From Acidobacteriota bacterium (GTDB taxonomy: Bacteria; Acidobacteriota; UBA890; WLXD01): DNA of 64,000 nt. The stretch lies in the NCBI GenBank assembly GCA_965248695.1, contig CBDFKD010000002.1, positions 5,184,001 to 5,248,000 on the forward strand, given 5' to 3'. Shown here one piece after another: positions 54,976-64,000 of the stretch (positions within the stretch are counted from its first letter, which is position 1; every line of letters starts with the position of its first letter). Below the pieces are notes generated by a model. It had not been told where the DNA came from, did no database searches, and worked only from the letters and a program-made list of their open reading frames with translations. The position numbers and the translations under genes are program-made.

Positions 54976-55831
54976 TCGGTCTCCGAGCACCTACAAAAGT
55001 TACCGCAGTCGCCTGCGGGGATTCCTGGCGTATTTGGACCGCAACGGTATCCGCGACGTTCGAGACGTAAGCCCTGGCACGCTGGAGCTGTACCGTCTTG
55101 AACTCGTGGACCGAGGCCTTCGCTCAGCGGGTATACGGGGGCATCTGATCGCGCTGCGTTCCCTGTACAGCTGGGCCAACCGCATGTGCTTTGTGGACGG
55201 CAACCCGGCGGCGGCGATCGAGATGCCGAACAAACAGAACCGCCGACGCTGTTTCACGGACGGGGAGGTTGAAGTTCTGTTCGCGCATGGCAGACTCGAA
55301 TGGCTGCCGATTTGGCGCTTCCTGCTGGCGACGGGAATGCGCCGGATCGAGATCGCGCGGCTGACGATCACCGATGTGGTCCTCGATACTCCCGCGCCAT
55401 TTGTGCGCGTGCACGGCAAGGGAGACAAGTATCGAGACATCCCGCTGGAATCTAACCAGGTACGACAGTACGCCCGGTGCCTCGTGGATGCGGCAGCATC
55501 GGTTCAGCGAGAGCGAGTCCTACCCGTGGGCCATGTCCGTCTCGGAGCATGGTGGGCCCTTCAGCGGCAGGAAGTCGGACTGCCTGAGGAGCTGACCCTT
55601 CACTGTTTCCGACACACAACGGCGACGTGGCTGGTCAACCGTGTGGGATTACAGCTCACGGAGGTTCAAGAGGTCATGGGGCATGCCAAATTGAGCACGA
55701 CGGCGCGGTACGTACATCGGGATCGGAAGGTGCTCAGAGCGGGCATGTCCGCCCTCGGAGAATTGGTTGCGCAGGCTGTATCTGGTACAAACTTGGTATC
55801 AGCGAATCGGGATAATCCTGTAAGTCGTTGA
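54716..55831 (+). CDS. int: Tyrosine recombinase/integrase
   Basis: TGMRRIEI, GKGDK, HCFRHT, MGH, TTARY; adjacent to attR. Confidence 0.95.
   Translation: MPKRPFAPQVRKTKLKGQTVYEVDCRQWKGVMQTLAHPQRRRFDHRQLAESWRQQLIVDHAAGRRSEPGPVAVRSLCEHFLRSIKSNRSPSTYKSYRSRLRGFLAYLDRNGIRDVRDVSPGTLELYRLELVDRGLRSAGIRGHLIALRSLYSWANRMCFVDGNPAAAIEMPNKQNRRRCFTDGEVEVLFAHGRLEWLPIWRFLLATGMRRIEIARLTITDVVLDTPAPFVRVHGKGDKYRDIPLESNQVRQYARCLVDAAASVQRERVLPVGHVRLGAWWALQRQEVGLPEELTLHCFRHTTATWLVNRVGLQLTEVQEVMGHAKLSTTARYVHRDRKVLRAGMSALGELVAQAVSGTNLVSANRDNPVSR
55782..55800 (+). promoter_or_regulatory. Putative integrase arm-type site (right)
   Basis: CTGGTACAAACTTGGTATC, compare 4878-4896. Confidence 0.6.
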
Positions 55832-55833
55832 TA
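55821..55833 (-). promoter_or_regulatory. IHF-binding consensus
   Basis: Minus strand TATCAACGACTTA fits WATCAANNNNTTR exactly, between the arm site and the core. Confidence 0.65.
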
Positions 55834-55857
55834 TAAAATGAGCTACATAAAGGGAAA

Positions 55858-55870
55858 CATGACCGGCGCG
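55858..55870 (+). repeat. attR core (CATGACCGGCGCG)
   Basis: Matches attL; followed by the displaced permease tail. Confidence 0.9.
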
Positions 55871-55960
55871 ATCATCGTCGGCGCGGTGCTCGTGGACCGA
55901 CAGAAGCACCGTCTCCAGCGGGGTCGGCGCGTCGGGCAGGGGGATCGCGACGCAGCCTAG
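55865..55960 (+). pseudogene. Displaced 3' end of the ABC permease
   Basis: Reads GAIIVGAVLVDRQKHRLQRGRRVGQGDRDAA*, the typical last TM helix of RbsC-type permeases. Confidence 0.88.
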
Positions 55961-56003
55961 CTCGGGAGGGGAGCTCGTTTTCGGCCTGTGTACGGAAGGC
56001 GTC

Positions 56004-56300
56004 CTAGGCTTCCAGAGCGTCCAGTCGCGCCTGGACAGCATCGTGGATGCTGGTCTCCTGAATGTTCACCGTATCCGGATCGGGACGGTCGTCGAAGATC
56101 AACCGAACCATCTGCACGGCGGCGATCGTGGCCTCCACGAGGGCATCCTCGGCGCTCTCTTGAGCTCCCCCGGCCGGCCGTCCCGGCATGCCGCTGGCGA
56201 GCTTGAAGGTCGGAACCCAGCCGTCGTCCTGCTTCTCGGCGGTGGCCACGAAGGGCACCGTACGGTACAGCCCCTCAGTCTGCCGTAGCTGATCGCTCAT
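56004..56300 (-). CDS. Hypothetical protein
   Basis: Protein-like ORF in the host flank. Confidence 0.55.
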   Translation of the reverse strand: MSDQLRQTEGLYRTVPFVATAEKQDDGWVPTFKLASGMPGRPAGGAQESAEDALVEATIAAVQMVRLIFDDRPDPDTVNIQETSIHDAVQARLDALEA

Positions 56301-56379
56301 CCGTCTGACTCCATCGTTCAAGCGTTTCCGCGTGCGTTCGTTGTACCACGAAGCAAATCACAAAGTTGCTCTGGCGTCA

Positions 56380-57687
56380 TCAGGCGCCGATCCCGAGCCG
56401 CATGCCGGCCTCGATAGCGTCACAGAATCGATCGAGCTCCTCGAGCGTGCTGAAGACGTTCGGTGTCACACGGAACCCGGTGTACTCAGGGTGCTCGGTG
56501 ACGTGCGTGACGATGCCGTGCTCGTCGAACAGCCACTGGTTCATGGCCATCAAATTCACCCCGGGGATGTCGAAGTTGGCGATCCCGCATGCCATGCCCG
56601 GTTTTTGGCTCGTATTCCATCGGATGCGATCCTGCCGGCGCAGACGGTCCACCCAGTAGTCGCGCAGATACAGAAGCCTGGCCTCCTTGCGCTCCGAGCC
56701 CAGGCCTTGATGGAACGTAAGCGCGTCGCCGATACCGAGCGCGTTGGCCACCGGCCGCGTGCCGATCTCCTCGAACTTGCGGATATCGCCGTTGAGCTCG
56801 ACCGGCGGTGCCGTCAGCGCCCACAGGTCCTTGATTCGATCGCGCCGGACGTAGAGCAGACCGGTCCCGTGCGGAGCAAACAGCCACTTGTGGAGGCTGG
56901 TGGCGAAATAGTCGCAGCCCAGGTCCGAGATCTTGAAATCGAAGTGGGCCAGGCTGTGGGCGCCGTCGACCACCAGCGGCAGACCGTGAGCGTGCGCCAT
57001 GTCGGCCACTTCGCGGACCGGGAGAATCTGGCCGCTCAGGTTGATCATGTGCGACATGTGGACGACCTTCGTGCGCGGCGTGATGTTGCTTTCGAACAGG
57101 CGCACGATCTCGGCCGGATCCTCTGAGGGAACCGGGATGGAGATCTGCCGCAGCACGATGCCCTCGCGAAGCGCCCTTTGCTGGTAGGTCCAGATCATGC
57201 GGACATAGTCCTGATTCGTCGTCAGCACCTCGTCGCCGGGCGCCAGATCGATGCCGCACTGGCAGATCTGTAGCCCCTCCGACGCGCCGCGGACGATGGC
57301 GACCTCCTCGGCGTCGACGCCCCATTGGCGGGCGAGTCGCTCCCGGACGTTCTCTTCCTGCGGCTCGAGCACCTCCCACATGGTGTAGGTGGGCGTGGTG
57401 TTGGAGTAGTCCAGGTAGCGCTTCATGGCCTCCTGCACCACCTTTGGAGACGGGCTGACCCCGCCGCTCTGCAGGTTGATCAAGCTGTTGTCCGGCGTGA
57501 AGGCACCTCGCACCTCGAACCAGAAGTCCTCGTCGCGCGCCACCTGTGCCGGCGCGCCTGACGTTGATCCAAGCTCGGCGACCACTGCAAGCGCATGGCC
57601 GAGGTTGTTCGGCAGGACCGCGCCCGAGAGGGCCGTTGCCCCAATCGGCAGCGACATTCCACCGAGAAACTGTCGTCGATTCACCAT
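56380..57687 (-). CDS. Class V PLP-dependent aminotransferase (isopenicillin N epimerase-like) with Tat signal
   Basis: NRRQFL, VDGAHS, ATSLHKWLFAPHGTG. Confidence 0.9.
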   Translation of the reverse strand: MVNRRQFLGGMSLPIGATALSGAVLPNNLGHALAVVAELGSTSGAPAQVARDEDFWFEVRGAFTPDNSLINLQSGGVSPSPKVVQEAMKRYLDYSNTTPTYTMWEVLEPQEENVRERLARQWGVDAEEVAIVRGASEGLQICQCGIDLAPGDEVLTTNQDYVRMIWTYQQRALREGIVLRQISIPVPSEDPAEIVRLFESNITPRTKVVHMSHMINLSGQILPVREVADMAHAHGLPLVVDGAHSLAHFDFKISDLGCDYFATSLHKWLFAPHGTGLLYVRRDRIKDLWALTAPPVELNGDIRKFEEIGTRPVANALGIGDALTFHQGLGSERKEARLLYLRDYWVDRLRRQDRIRWNTSQKPGMACGIANFDIPGVNLMAMNQWLFDEHGIVTHVTEHPEYTGFRVTPNVFSTLEELDRFCDAIEAGMRLGIGA

Positions 57688-57814
57688 CGTCGATCCTCCC
57701 ACTGCTGCCCCATCTCGCGCGGCAACGATATGCCCTCGGCGGGAACTTTCTCCAGTGGCGCGCGGTGGTTCCTCAGCTCATGAAGCACCTTGGCAGCACC
57801 GTTGCTCGACGCGG

Positions 57815-60124
57815 CTACCATTGCAACGTGTAGGTCATCTTGGCGGTCAACGATCGATCCTCCAGCCCTGAGAACTCACCTCCGTACGACCGGCTCTGTC
57901 GATAGACGAGGTAGAAGTTGTCTCCCGGACGGTAGAGGTAGCGGAGGCGGGCGAACACCGAGAAATCCTCGTCCGAGCTGCTGTACTGCACCAGCGCATC
58001 GGTCAGCCATCGCTCCGAGAACGACACCTCCGTTCGCAGACGCGCCAGATGGACGTTGAAGGCGCCACCGGGAAGCTCGACGACGTTGAAGGTGTAGCTC
58101 GGCCGCAGGCTGACGTTCTCGCTCAATCGCAGCGTGGCCCGTGGACTCACGCGTGTGAGAAAGCCGTCGAAGAACCCTCCCGACAGTATCGAGAACCCAC
58201 CGCTGAGCTTTCGGCCCGGATACGTCTGGTATCCCACCGACCACTCGATGAACTCGTAGTCATTCGCCGCCACGACAACTCCGGGGCTGATCTCGAACGC
58301 GGCCTCCAGCCGATCGAAGTTGGTTCGCACTCCGGCATGGAACGAGTCGCCCGACTCCATCATGAAGCGAGCAAATACGCCGCTCTGGCGGGCAACTCGC
58401 TTACCGCTATGGTCGACGGTGTGATCGAGATAGGCGTTGAGATCAATTTGCCGGAGCCATTCGGCAGCCGGCCGCGGCTTCCAGTGGCCGGCCACGGTGC
58501 GCTTGACGACATCGGTGCGCGGAATGAAGCCAAGGTCGGTGCGGAACTCGTCGTCGATGCTGACGATCTGCGCTTCTGCCTCCCACAGGTCCGTCTGCCA
58601 GATAGCGCGGAGCTCACCGATCCAGGCGTTGCCGTCGATCTCGTTATCCTGCGACTGCGCCGCGAAGCCGGAGAGATTGAGGTGATCGAACAGCGTGAAG
58701 TTGGCGTCAACGCCGGCCACGCGGTTGAACTCGCCCGACGGGCCTTCCACGCTGGAGAAGTAGGCTCCGACGCTGGAGCGCGCCAGAATATCCTGACGCC
58801 AGCGCAGAGCGGTGTAGGCACGCCCGGGACCGACTGGCGAGTCGCCGGTCTGCACGTGCTGCAATCCGAGGTTGCCGCGGCCCATCTTGCCGGTGAGCTT
58901 GCCGCCGAAGTCGATCGGCAGCGGCGTCCCGTCGGCGGCGAGACCGATCCGCCTGGAAAAGTAGAGGCGGGAGGACGGCGGCAAGCCTAAACGACCCTCG
59001 GTGTTGCCGAATGTGAAGTTGTTGGCAGCCTCGAGAAAGAACTCGCGTTTCTCCGGAAAGAAGAGCGAGAAGCGGGTGAGGTTGACACGCTGCTCATCGA
59101 CTTCGACCTGGGCGAAATCGGTGTTGTAGGTGAACTGCGACGTAAGATTTGAACTCAGCTTGACCTTCAGATCCTCGATTCCCACGGCGGCGGTCCCCTC
59201 CGAGATGGGATCCACCCGCTGGTCGAACGAGTCGAAGCCCCCCGTGACATACGGGCGCAACCGGAAACGCTCCGTGAGTCCGAGGTCCTCGAGCCCGTTG
59301 AGCTGCCCGGCCTGCGAGATTGCAATAAAGGAGTAATCCTGGCTCGAGTTGCTCCAGATGATCTCCTCGTTGGTACGGCGTATCTCGCGCCGAAAATCCA
59401 CCCCCCAAGTGGGATTGCCCTGTGTGTAACGCAGGACCGACCACGGGATGGCCATCTCCGCCTCCCAACCGCTATCGGTGAGTTGCGCCGCCGCCTCCCA
59501 GCGCTCGTCCCAGTCCTGGTTGACCTCACGCTCATTGCGGATCGTTGCATCGCTGCGCGTACCGAGCGCGTTCACGGTGAACAGAAACGCGTTGCGGCGA
59601 TCGTGAAACGTGTCCAGCACCACGCTCACTATGTCGTCTGACCTGGAACCGCCTCTGTCGCGACGGATACCGGGAAGCCGGATCCGCAGGCTGTCCCGTC
59701 GCAGCTGTGTCGCGCGAATGGCCTCGGGCTGGCTGTCGTGGAGCACGAAACCCACGTACAGGTACTCGTCGTCGTAAAGGATGCGGGCTTCGGTAGCCTC
59801 CGAGGGGGTGCCGTTTTTCTGCGGCTCGCGCTGGGCGAAATCGCTGATCATGTCTGCTGCGGCCCAGGCCTCGTCGTCGAGCAAACCGTCGAGAACGATC
59901 GCTGACGGTGCCCTGGTGGCCCGCATCTCCTTGACCGAAGGCATCGCCGCCGTCGGCGAGCCGCCGTTGGCCTGCTCGGTGTTTTCTTGCGGTGCCGAGA
60001 ATGCCGCGGCGGTGGCAACGGGGGCCGGCGCATACAGCAGAACGAGCAGCGCCAGGATGGGGCCACGGCGCGTTCTGCCGCGGCCGCCGGGTCCGACCTG
60101 GCACTGGCTACTCTCAAACCGCAC
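57815..60124 (-). CDS. CBM9-like/DUF5916 outer-membrane protein (start uncertain)
   Basis: LDG.LDD.AW, LDTFHDRRNAF, NTDFAQVEVD...NLTRFSLFFPEKREFFLE, terminal W. Confidence 0.85.
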   Translation of the reverse strand: MRFESSQCQVGPGGRGRTRRGPILALLVLLYAPAPVATAAAFSAPQENTEQANGGSPTAAMPSVKEMRATRAPSAIVLDGLLDDEAWAAADMISDFAQREPQKNGTPSEATEARILYDDEYLYVGFVLHDSQPEAIRATQLRRDSLRIRLPGIRRDRGGSRSDDIVSVVLDTFHDRRNAFLFTVNALGTRSDATIRNEREVNQDWDERWEAAAQLTDSGWEAEMAIPWSVLRYTQGNPTWGVDFRREIRRTNEEIIWSNSSQDYSFIAISQAGQLNGLEDLGLTERFRLRPYVTGGFDSFDQRVDPISEGTAAVGIEDLKVKLSSNLTSQFTYNTDFAQVEVDEQRVNLTRFSLFFPEKREFFLEAANNFTFGNTEGRLGLPPSSRLYFSRRIGLAADGTPLPIDFGGKLTGKMGRGNLGLQHVQTGDSPVGPGRAYTALRWRQDILARSSVGAYFSSVEGPSGEFNRVAGVDANFTLFDHLNLSGFAAQSQDNEIDGNAWIGELRAIWQTDLWEAEAQIVSIDDEFRTDLGFIPRTDVVKRTVAGHWKPRPAAEWLRQIDLNAYLDHTVDHSGKRVARQSGVFARFMMESGDSFHAGVRTNFDRLEAAFEISPGVVVAANDYEFIEWSVGYQTYPGRKLSGGFSILSGGFFDGFLTRVSPRATLRLSENVSLRPSYTFNVVELPGGAFNVHLARLRTEVSFSERWLTDALVQYSSSDEDFSVFARLRYLYRPGDNFYLVYRQSRSYGGEFSGLEDRSLTAKMTYTLQW

Positions 60125-60202
60125 GAGTCGCTCCGTGTTATCACAGCGGGCACGTGATATTAACCGACCCTTACGTACGACGATCCGTCCGGAGGTCACG
60201 AA

Positions 60203-60703
60203 ATGGCAAGAGTCGCAACAGGCATTGTCGCCCTGGTAGTACTGGCATCGGCAGGATGTGCTCCGGCAGCTGAGCCGGCTCCCGCGGCCGCACCCGCCGG
60301 CCCATCGGAGGCGGAGGACGCGGCGGCAATCCGCGAGGTTCGGCTGAGCCAATTCGCGGCGTCGTTCATCGCCAGCGACGCCGATGGGTTCCTGGCGAGC
60401 GTCGCCGCAGACATGGTGATCATGCCGCCAGACGAGCCCGCGGTGAGAGGACACACCGAGATCCGCGCCTGGCTCGATGCGTTCTTCGCCGCCTACACGA
60501 CCGACCTCCACTACACCGGTTCGGAAGTCTCAGTGGTCGGCGATACAGCGTTCGAAGCCTACGCGTTTCGCTGGACGCTGACGCCGCTCGACGGCGGCGA
60601 GCCGATCCGGCAGTCCGGCAAGGGCGTGTACGTGTTTCGCCGGCAGGCAGATGGTGGCTGGAAGGTGGCCCGAGACATCTGGAACTACACTCCGACGGAG
60701 TGA
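60203..60703 (+). CDS. DUF4440/SnoaL-like lipoprotein
   Basis: Lipobox SAGC; GK.V.VFRRQADGGWKVARDIWN. Confidence 0.85.
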   Translation: MARVATGIVALVVLASAGCAPAAEPAPAAAPAGPSEAEDAAAIREVRLSQFAASFIASDADGFLASVAADMVIMPPDEPAVRGHTEIRAWLDAFFAAYTTDLHYTGSEVSVVGDTAFEAYAFRWTLTPLDGGEPIRQSGKGVYVFRRQADGGWKVARDIWNYTPTE

Positions 60704-60752
60704 CCGTGTTGATGGGGCTGGCGGGCAAAGGCGTGCGTATCAAGGAGACGAG

Positions 60753-62873
60753 ATGAAGGACAGAGAGCGAAACCACCGACTCAGGGAACGGCTTCCCGTA
60801 CTGCTGTTGACCGCCATCTCGATGGTCGCCAGCGCCGCGGTCCCGCAGACGGCTGGCGGCATGCAGACGGGGGCGATATCGCTACACGAGTACTATGCTC
60901 TGCGCTCGGTGGGTGGCCCGGCGGTGTCGCCGGACGGCAACTCGGTTGTTTACACGACCACCCGAGCTGTCCAGGCTACAGACACAAAGGCGACGACCCT
61001 CTGGATCGCGGCTGTTGACGGGGCCAGCTCGCGACGACTCACCCACGGCGGTAGCAGTGTTTCGTCGCCTTCGTTCTCGCCCGATGGGCACATGATCTCG
61101 TTCATCTCTAGACGCGATGCGTCGGCCTGGGGCATGGACGACGAGATAGCGACTCGCGGACAGGTCTACGTCATGCCGCTGGGCGGTGGAGAGGCGTTCC
61201 CCGTGAGCGAGGTTCCGGGCGGGGTACGCAGCTACTTCTGGTCGCCGGACGGCAGCCGCCTAGCGGTCGTCTCGATGCCGCCGAAGGTGGGCCCTCAGGG
61301 CAACGACGCCGGCACCTCCAACCCAATCGTGGTCACGCGTCTGAAGCACAAATACGACGGCCTCGGGTACCTCGACGACCGCCGAACAGTCATTTACGAC
61401 GTTCCGGCTACGGAAGCTCTCGCCAGCGTCGGCATGCGTCGGGCTCCCGCGCGGGAGCTCACCGATGCGGCGTACGACAGCAGCAGCCCGGCGTTCTCAC
61501 CCGACGGTCGCTGGATCGCCTTCGTCTCGAATCGGACCGCCGAGCCCGACGACAACATGAACACCGACATCTGGAAGGTAGAGGTGTCGTCGGGTCGCAC
61601 CGAGCGCGTCAGCGAATATGAAGGCGGCGACAGGTCGCCGACGTTCTCGCCCGACGGTGAGTGGCTGGCGTATATCAGTTCCGACCCTGAATGGTCTATG
61701 TATCCGACCCCCAGAGTCATGCTGGTGCCAACCGCGGGAGGCACGCCGCGTGATCTCTCCGGTCATCTGGATCGCCAGGCAGGAGCGCCCGTCTGGGCAC
61801 CGGATTCCCGATCCGTCTATACGACCCTCACGGACCAAGGCCACAGTCCGCTGGTGCGCATCGACCTCGACGGCGAGGTGACGCGCACCGTCGAAGGCAA
61901 CGTGAGGTCGGTGGTACCGACACGAGACGGGCGACTGGTGTTCCGCTATACGCGAAACGACCGACCAGCCGAGGTGTATTCGGCCCCAGCGGGCGACGGG
62001 CCGATCCCGACCGAGGTGCTGGTGAACGTCAGCGCCGCCAACGAAGATCATGTCGCCTCGCTCGATTTCAACGCCAGCGACGGTATCTGGTACGAGAGCG
62101 GCGACGGGACTCCGATCCACGCCTGGCTGCTGAAGCCTCCCGGCTTCGACCCCACGCACCAGTACCCGCTAATCCTGTGGATCCATGGCGGCCCGGTGGG
62201 CCAATTTACCGACGGTTTCAACCTCACGCAGCAGTACCTTGCCGCGCTCGGATACGTCGTCTTGCTGGTCAACCCGCGCGGCAGCTCCGGCTATGGCGAG
62301 GAGTTCAGCCGCGCCATCTTCGCCGATTGGGGCGGACCGGACTACGAGGACGTGATGGCGGGGGTCGATGCTGTCCTCGAGCTCGGCTACGTCGACCCGG
62401 ATCGCATGGGAGTCGGTGGCTACAGCTACGGCGGCATCCTTACCAACTACGTGATCGTCAAGACGGATCGCTTCAAGGGCGCCATCTCCGCAGCCGGCGA
62501 TGCTGACTACTACGGCGCCTTCGGCACCGACGACTGGGGCATCTACTGGATCCACGAGTTCGGCGCGCCGTGGGACAACCTCGATCTGTACCGTCGCGTG
62601 TCGCCGAGCACCTACATCAAGAACGCCGTCACCCCGACGCTGTTCATTCACGGGCGCGAGGACTATCGCGATCCGCTGACCCAGTCCGAGCAGCTGTACC
62701 TGAGCCTGCGTGTGCTCGGTGTGGAAACGGCGCTCATCGTGTATCCCGGACAGAGTCACGGATTTGGCGTGCCGTCGTACGAAGTCGACCGGCTGCGGCG
62801 CTACGGGCTGTGGTTCGACAAGTACGTCAAGGGAGAGGCGGTCGATCCGCTCTATCAGGGGTTTTCGCAATAG
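60753..62873 (+). CDS. S9-family peptidase (acylaminoacyl/dipeptidyl peptidase) with PD40 repeats
   Basis: Repeated FSPDG, IHGGP, NPRGS.GYG, GYSYGG, HG..D.R, QSHG. Confidence 0.93.
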   Translation: MKDRERNHRLRERLPVLLLTAISMVASAAVPQTAGGMQTGAISLHEYYALRSVGGPAVSPDGNSVVYTTTRAVQATDTKATTLWIAAVDGASSRRLTHGGSSVSSPSFSPDGHMISFISRRDASAWGMDDEIATRGQVYVMPLGGGEAFPVSEVPGGVRSYFWSPDGSRLAVVSMPPKVGPQGNDAGTSNPIVVTRLKHKYDGLGYLDDRRTVIYDVPATEALASVGMRRAPARELTDAAYDSSSPAFSPDGRWIAFVSNRTAEPDDNMNTDIWKVEVSSGRTERVSEYEGGDRSPTFSPDGEWLAYISSDPEWSMYPTPRVMLVPTAGGTPRDLSGHLDRQAGAPVWAPDSRSVYTTLTDQGHSPLVRIDLDGEVTRTVEGNVRSVVPTRDGRLVFRYTRNDRPAEVYSAPAGDGPIPTEVLVNVSAANEDHVASLDFNASDGIWYESGDGTPIHAWLLKPPGFDPTHQYPLILWIHGGPVGQFTDGFNLTQQYLAALGYVVLLVNPRGSSGYGEEFSRAIFADWGGPDYEDVMAGVDAVLELGYVDPDRMGVGGYSYGGILTNYVIVKTDRFKGAISAAGDADYYGAFGTDDWGIYWIHEFGAPWDNLDLYRRVSPSTYIKNAVTPTLFIHGREDYRDPLTQSEQLYLSLRVLGVETALIVYPGQSHGFGVPSYEVDRLRRYGLWFDKYVKGEAVDPLYQGFSQ

Positions 62874-63718
62874 CGGTCGAGAAACTCCGAGCGCTGACCA
62901 TCGCGGCTCCACAGGATTGGAAAGAAGCTCTCGTCCATCGTCAGATCATCGGCGCGCTTGTAGCGACCATAGATTGCGCTGACGTTGGTCGGATGAAACT
63001 CGGCCGCCGAGGACATGCAATGGGCGACCAGGGAGCGCCGCGCCCGCTCACTGGGGTTGGCTCCCGATCCGTGCCAGGTTCTTCCATGGTGCAGGACACC
63101 GGAGCCGGCGCGGCACTCGATGCGCACGACCTCAGGCTCGACGCCCGCGGCTACGGCGGCCCTTCGCATGTCGAGATGATGATCCTGCGGCGCGTGGAAC
63201 TGCTGGATCGGCGGCGACAGACCCCAGCGGTGCGAGCCGCGTACGTACTCGATGGTGCCACCCTCGGCAGACGTGTCATCCAGCGTCAGCCAGCAGGTCG
63301 CCATCTCCTGAGGAACGATCCAGCTCTCGTAGCTGTCGTCCTGATGAAGTCCCAGCGAACCGGCTCCCGGCGGCTTCCACAGGACGTTGTCCTGATTGAG
63401 CCGCGCTCCGGGCCATGCCATGAGCTCGGCACAAGCGCGCCCGATGTCCGGGGCCAGGACGATGGACGCCACCACGCGGTCCGATTTCCAGCCATTACAG
63501 ATTTGTCGCGTCAGCTGTTCGGAGTCACGGCCGGCGCGCCAGTTCCATTCGTCGGGCTGGAGGCCGGTCTCGAACTCGCCGCCGAAGAGTGGTGTGAAAC
63601 GATCGGCTGCCGCGCGCACGAGCTCCGGAGGCAGCACGTTCTCGACGACGACGAATCCGTCTTCAAGGAAACGCTCGCGGTGCTCAGAGCCAAGACGTAA
63701 CACCGGCTCGCCGATCAC
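62855..63718 (-). CDS. Phytanoyl-CoA dioxygenase-family protein
   Basis: LHQDDSY, CWLTLDD, GSH.W, TWHGSGAN.S.RARR. Confidence 0.9.
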   Translation of the reverse strand: MIGEPVLRLGSEHRERFLEDGFVVVENVLPPELVRAAADRFTPLFGGEFETGLQPDEWNWRAGRDSEQLTRQICNGWKSDRVVASIVLAPDIGRACAELMAWPGARLNQDNVLWKPPGAGSLGLHQDDSYESWIVPQEMATCWLTLDDTSAEGGTIEYVRGSHRWGLSPPIQQFHAPQDHHLDMRRAAVAAGVEPEVVRIECRAGSGVLHHGRTWHGSGANPSERARRSLVAHCMSSAAEFHPTNVSAIYGRYKRADDLTMDESFFPILWSRDGQRSEFLDRYCENP

Positions 63719-63745
63719 GTCGGACGGAATCTCCCGCTTCAGGCC

Positions 63746-64000
63746 CTATTCTTCGTCGGGCGCGATGTTCCAGATCTCACGGGCGATACGCCATTCACCA
63801 TCAGCGTCACGGCGCACGACCATCAGATACTGGTCGTTGCCGTCGTAGGTGCCACGCGCGTAGCCCCAGTCGCCAGTGACCACCACCTCGTCGTTGTGCA
63901 TCGTGAAGGCGTACGGGCTAACGGGGTCATTGGCGGCTCGCATGTCGGCCGCTCCGTGAATCGCCGGCCCGCCGGCTCCCATGTAGATGACATCGTCGGT
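63746..64000 (-). CDS. DUF4440/SnoaL-like protein, 5' end off window
   Basis: GDWGYARGTY, YLMVVRRDADGEWRIAREIWN. Confidence 0.75.
   Translation of the reverse strand, partial: TDDVIYMGAGGPAIHGAADMRAANDPVSPYAFTMHNDEVVVTGDWGYARGTYDGNDQYLMVVRRDADGEWRIAREIWNIAPDEE

Larger units (their letters stand above)
4741..55870 (+). mobile_element. Complete-looking temperate prophage (siphovirus-like, ~51 kb)
   Basis: Packaging, head, tail, lysis, immunity, replication and integrase modules between direct repeats CATGA(T/C)CGGCGCG that split a host gene; no sheath gene recognised. Confidence 0.95.

Noticed and set aside
4741-55870. Alternative genetic code suggested by the odd tRNAs
   Set aside because: Genes read through with standard code 11, and TAA, TAG and TGA all act as stops.

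Overview
The window holds an apparently complete temperate siphovirus-type prophage of about 51 kb (about 4741-55870). It is integrated inside the 3' end of a host sugar ABC-transporter permease gene in a high-GC bacterium. Host flanks: a CapA-family gene and an Rbs-type ABC operon on the left; a class V aminotransferase, DUF5916, DUF4440, S9 peptidase and PhyH-family genes on the right. Prophage order: two DNA methyltransferases, terminase, portal, head, tail, lysis, an accessory region, immunity, recombination/replication (including DnaN), Xis and a tyrosine integrase. The most notable signals read directly from the sequence are: (1) three different cI/cro-like switch cassettes stacked in tandem, each followed by the same fixed-geometry element resembling a phage 186-type CII-activated establishment promoter; (2) three tandem copies of a covarying multi-stem RNA motif between the scaffold and major capsid genes; (3) two tRNAs whose bodies do not match their anticodons (Leu-type body with Ala anticodon, Cys-type body with Ser anticodon); (4) a Com-like zinc-finger gene followed by twin hairpins that overlap a terminator upstream of the lysis genes. 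All product calls come from motif recognition by eye; no database searches were run.
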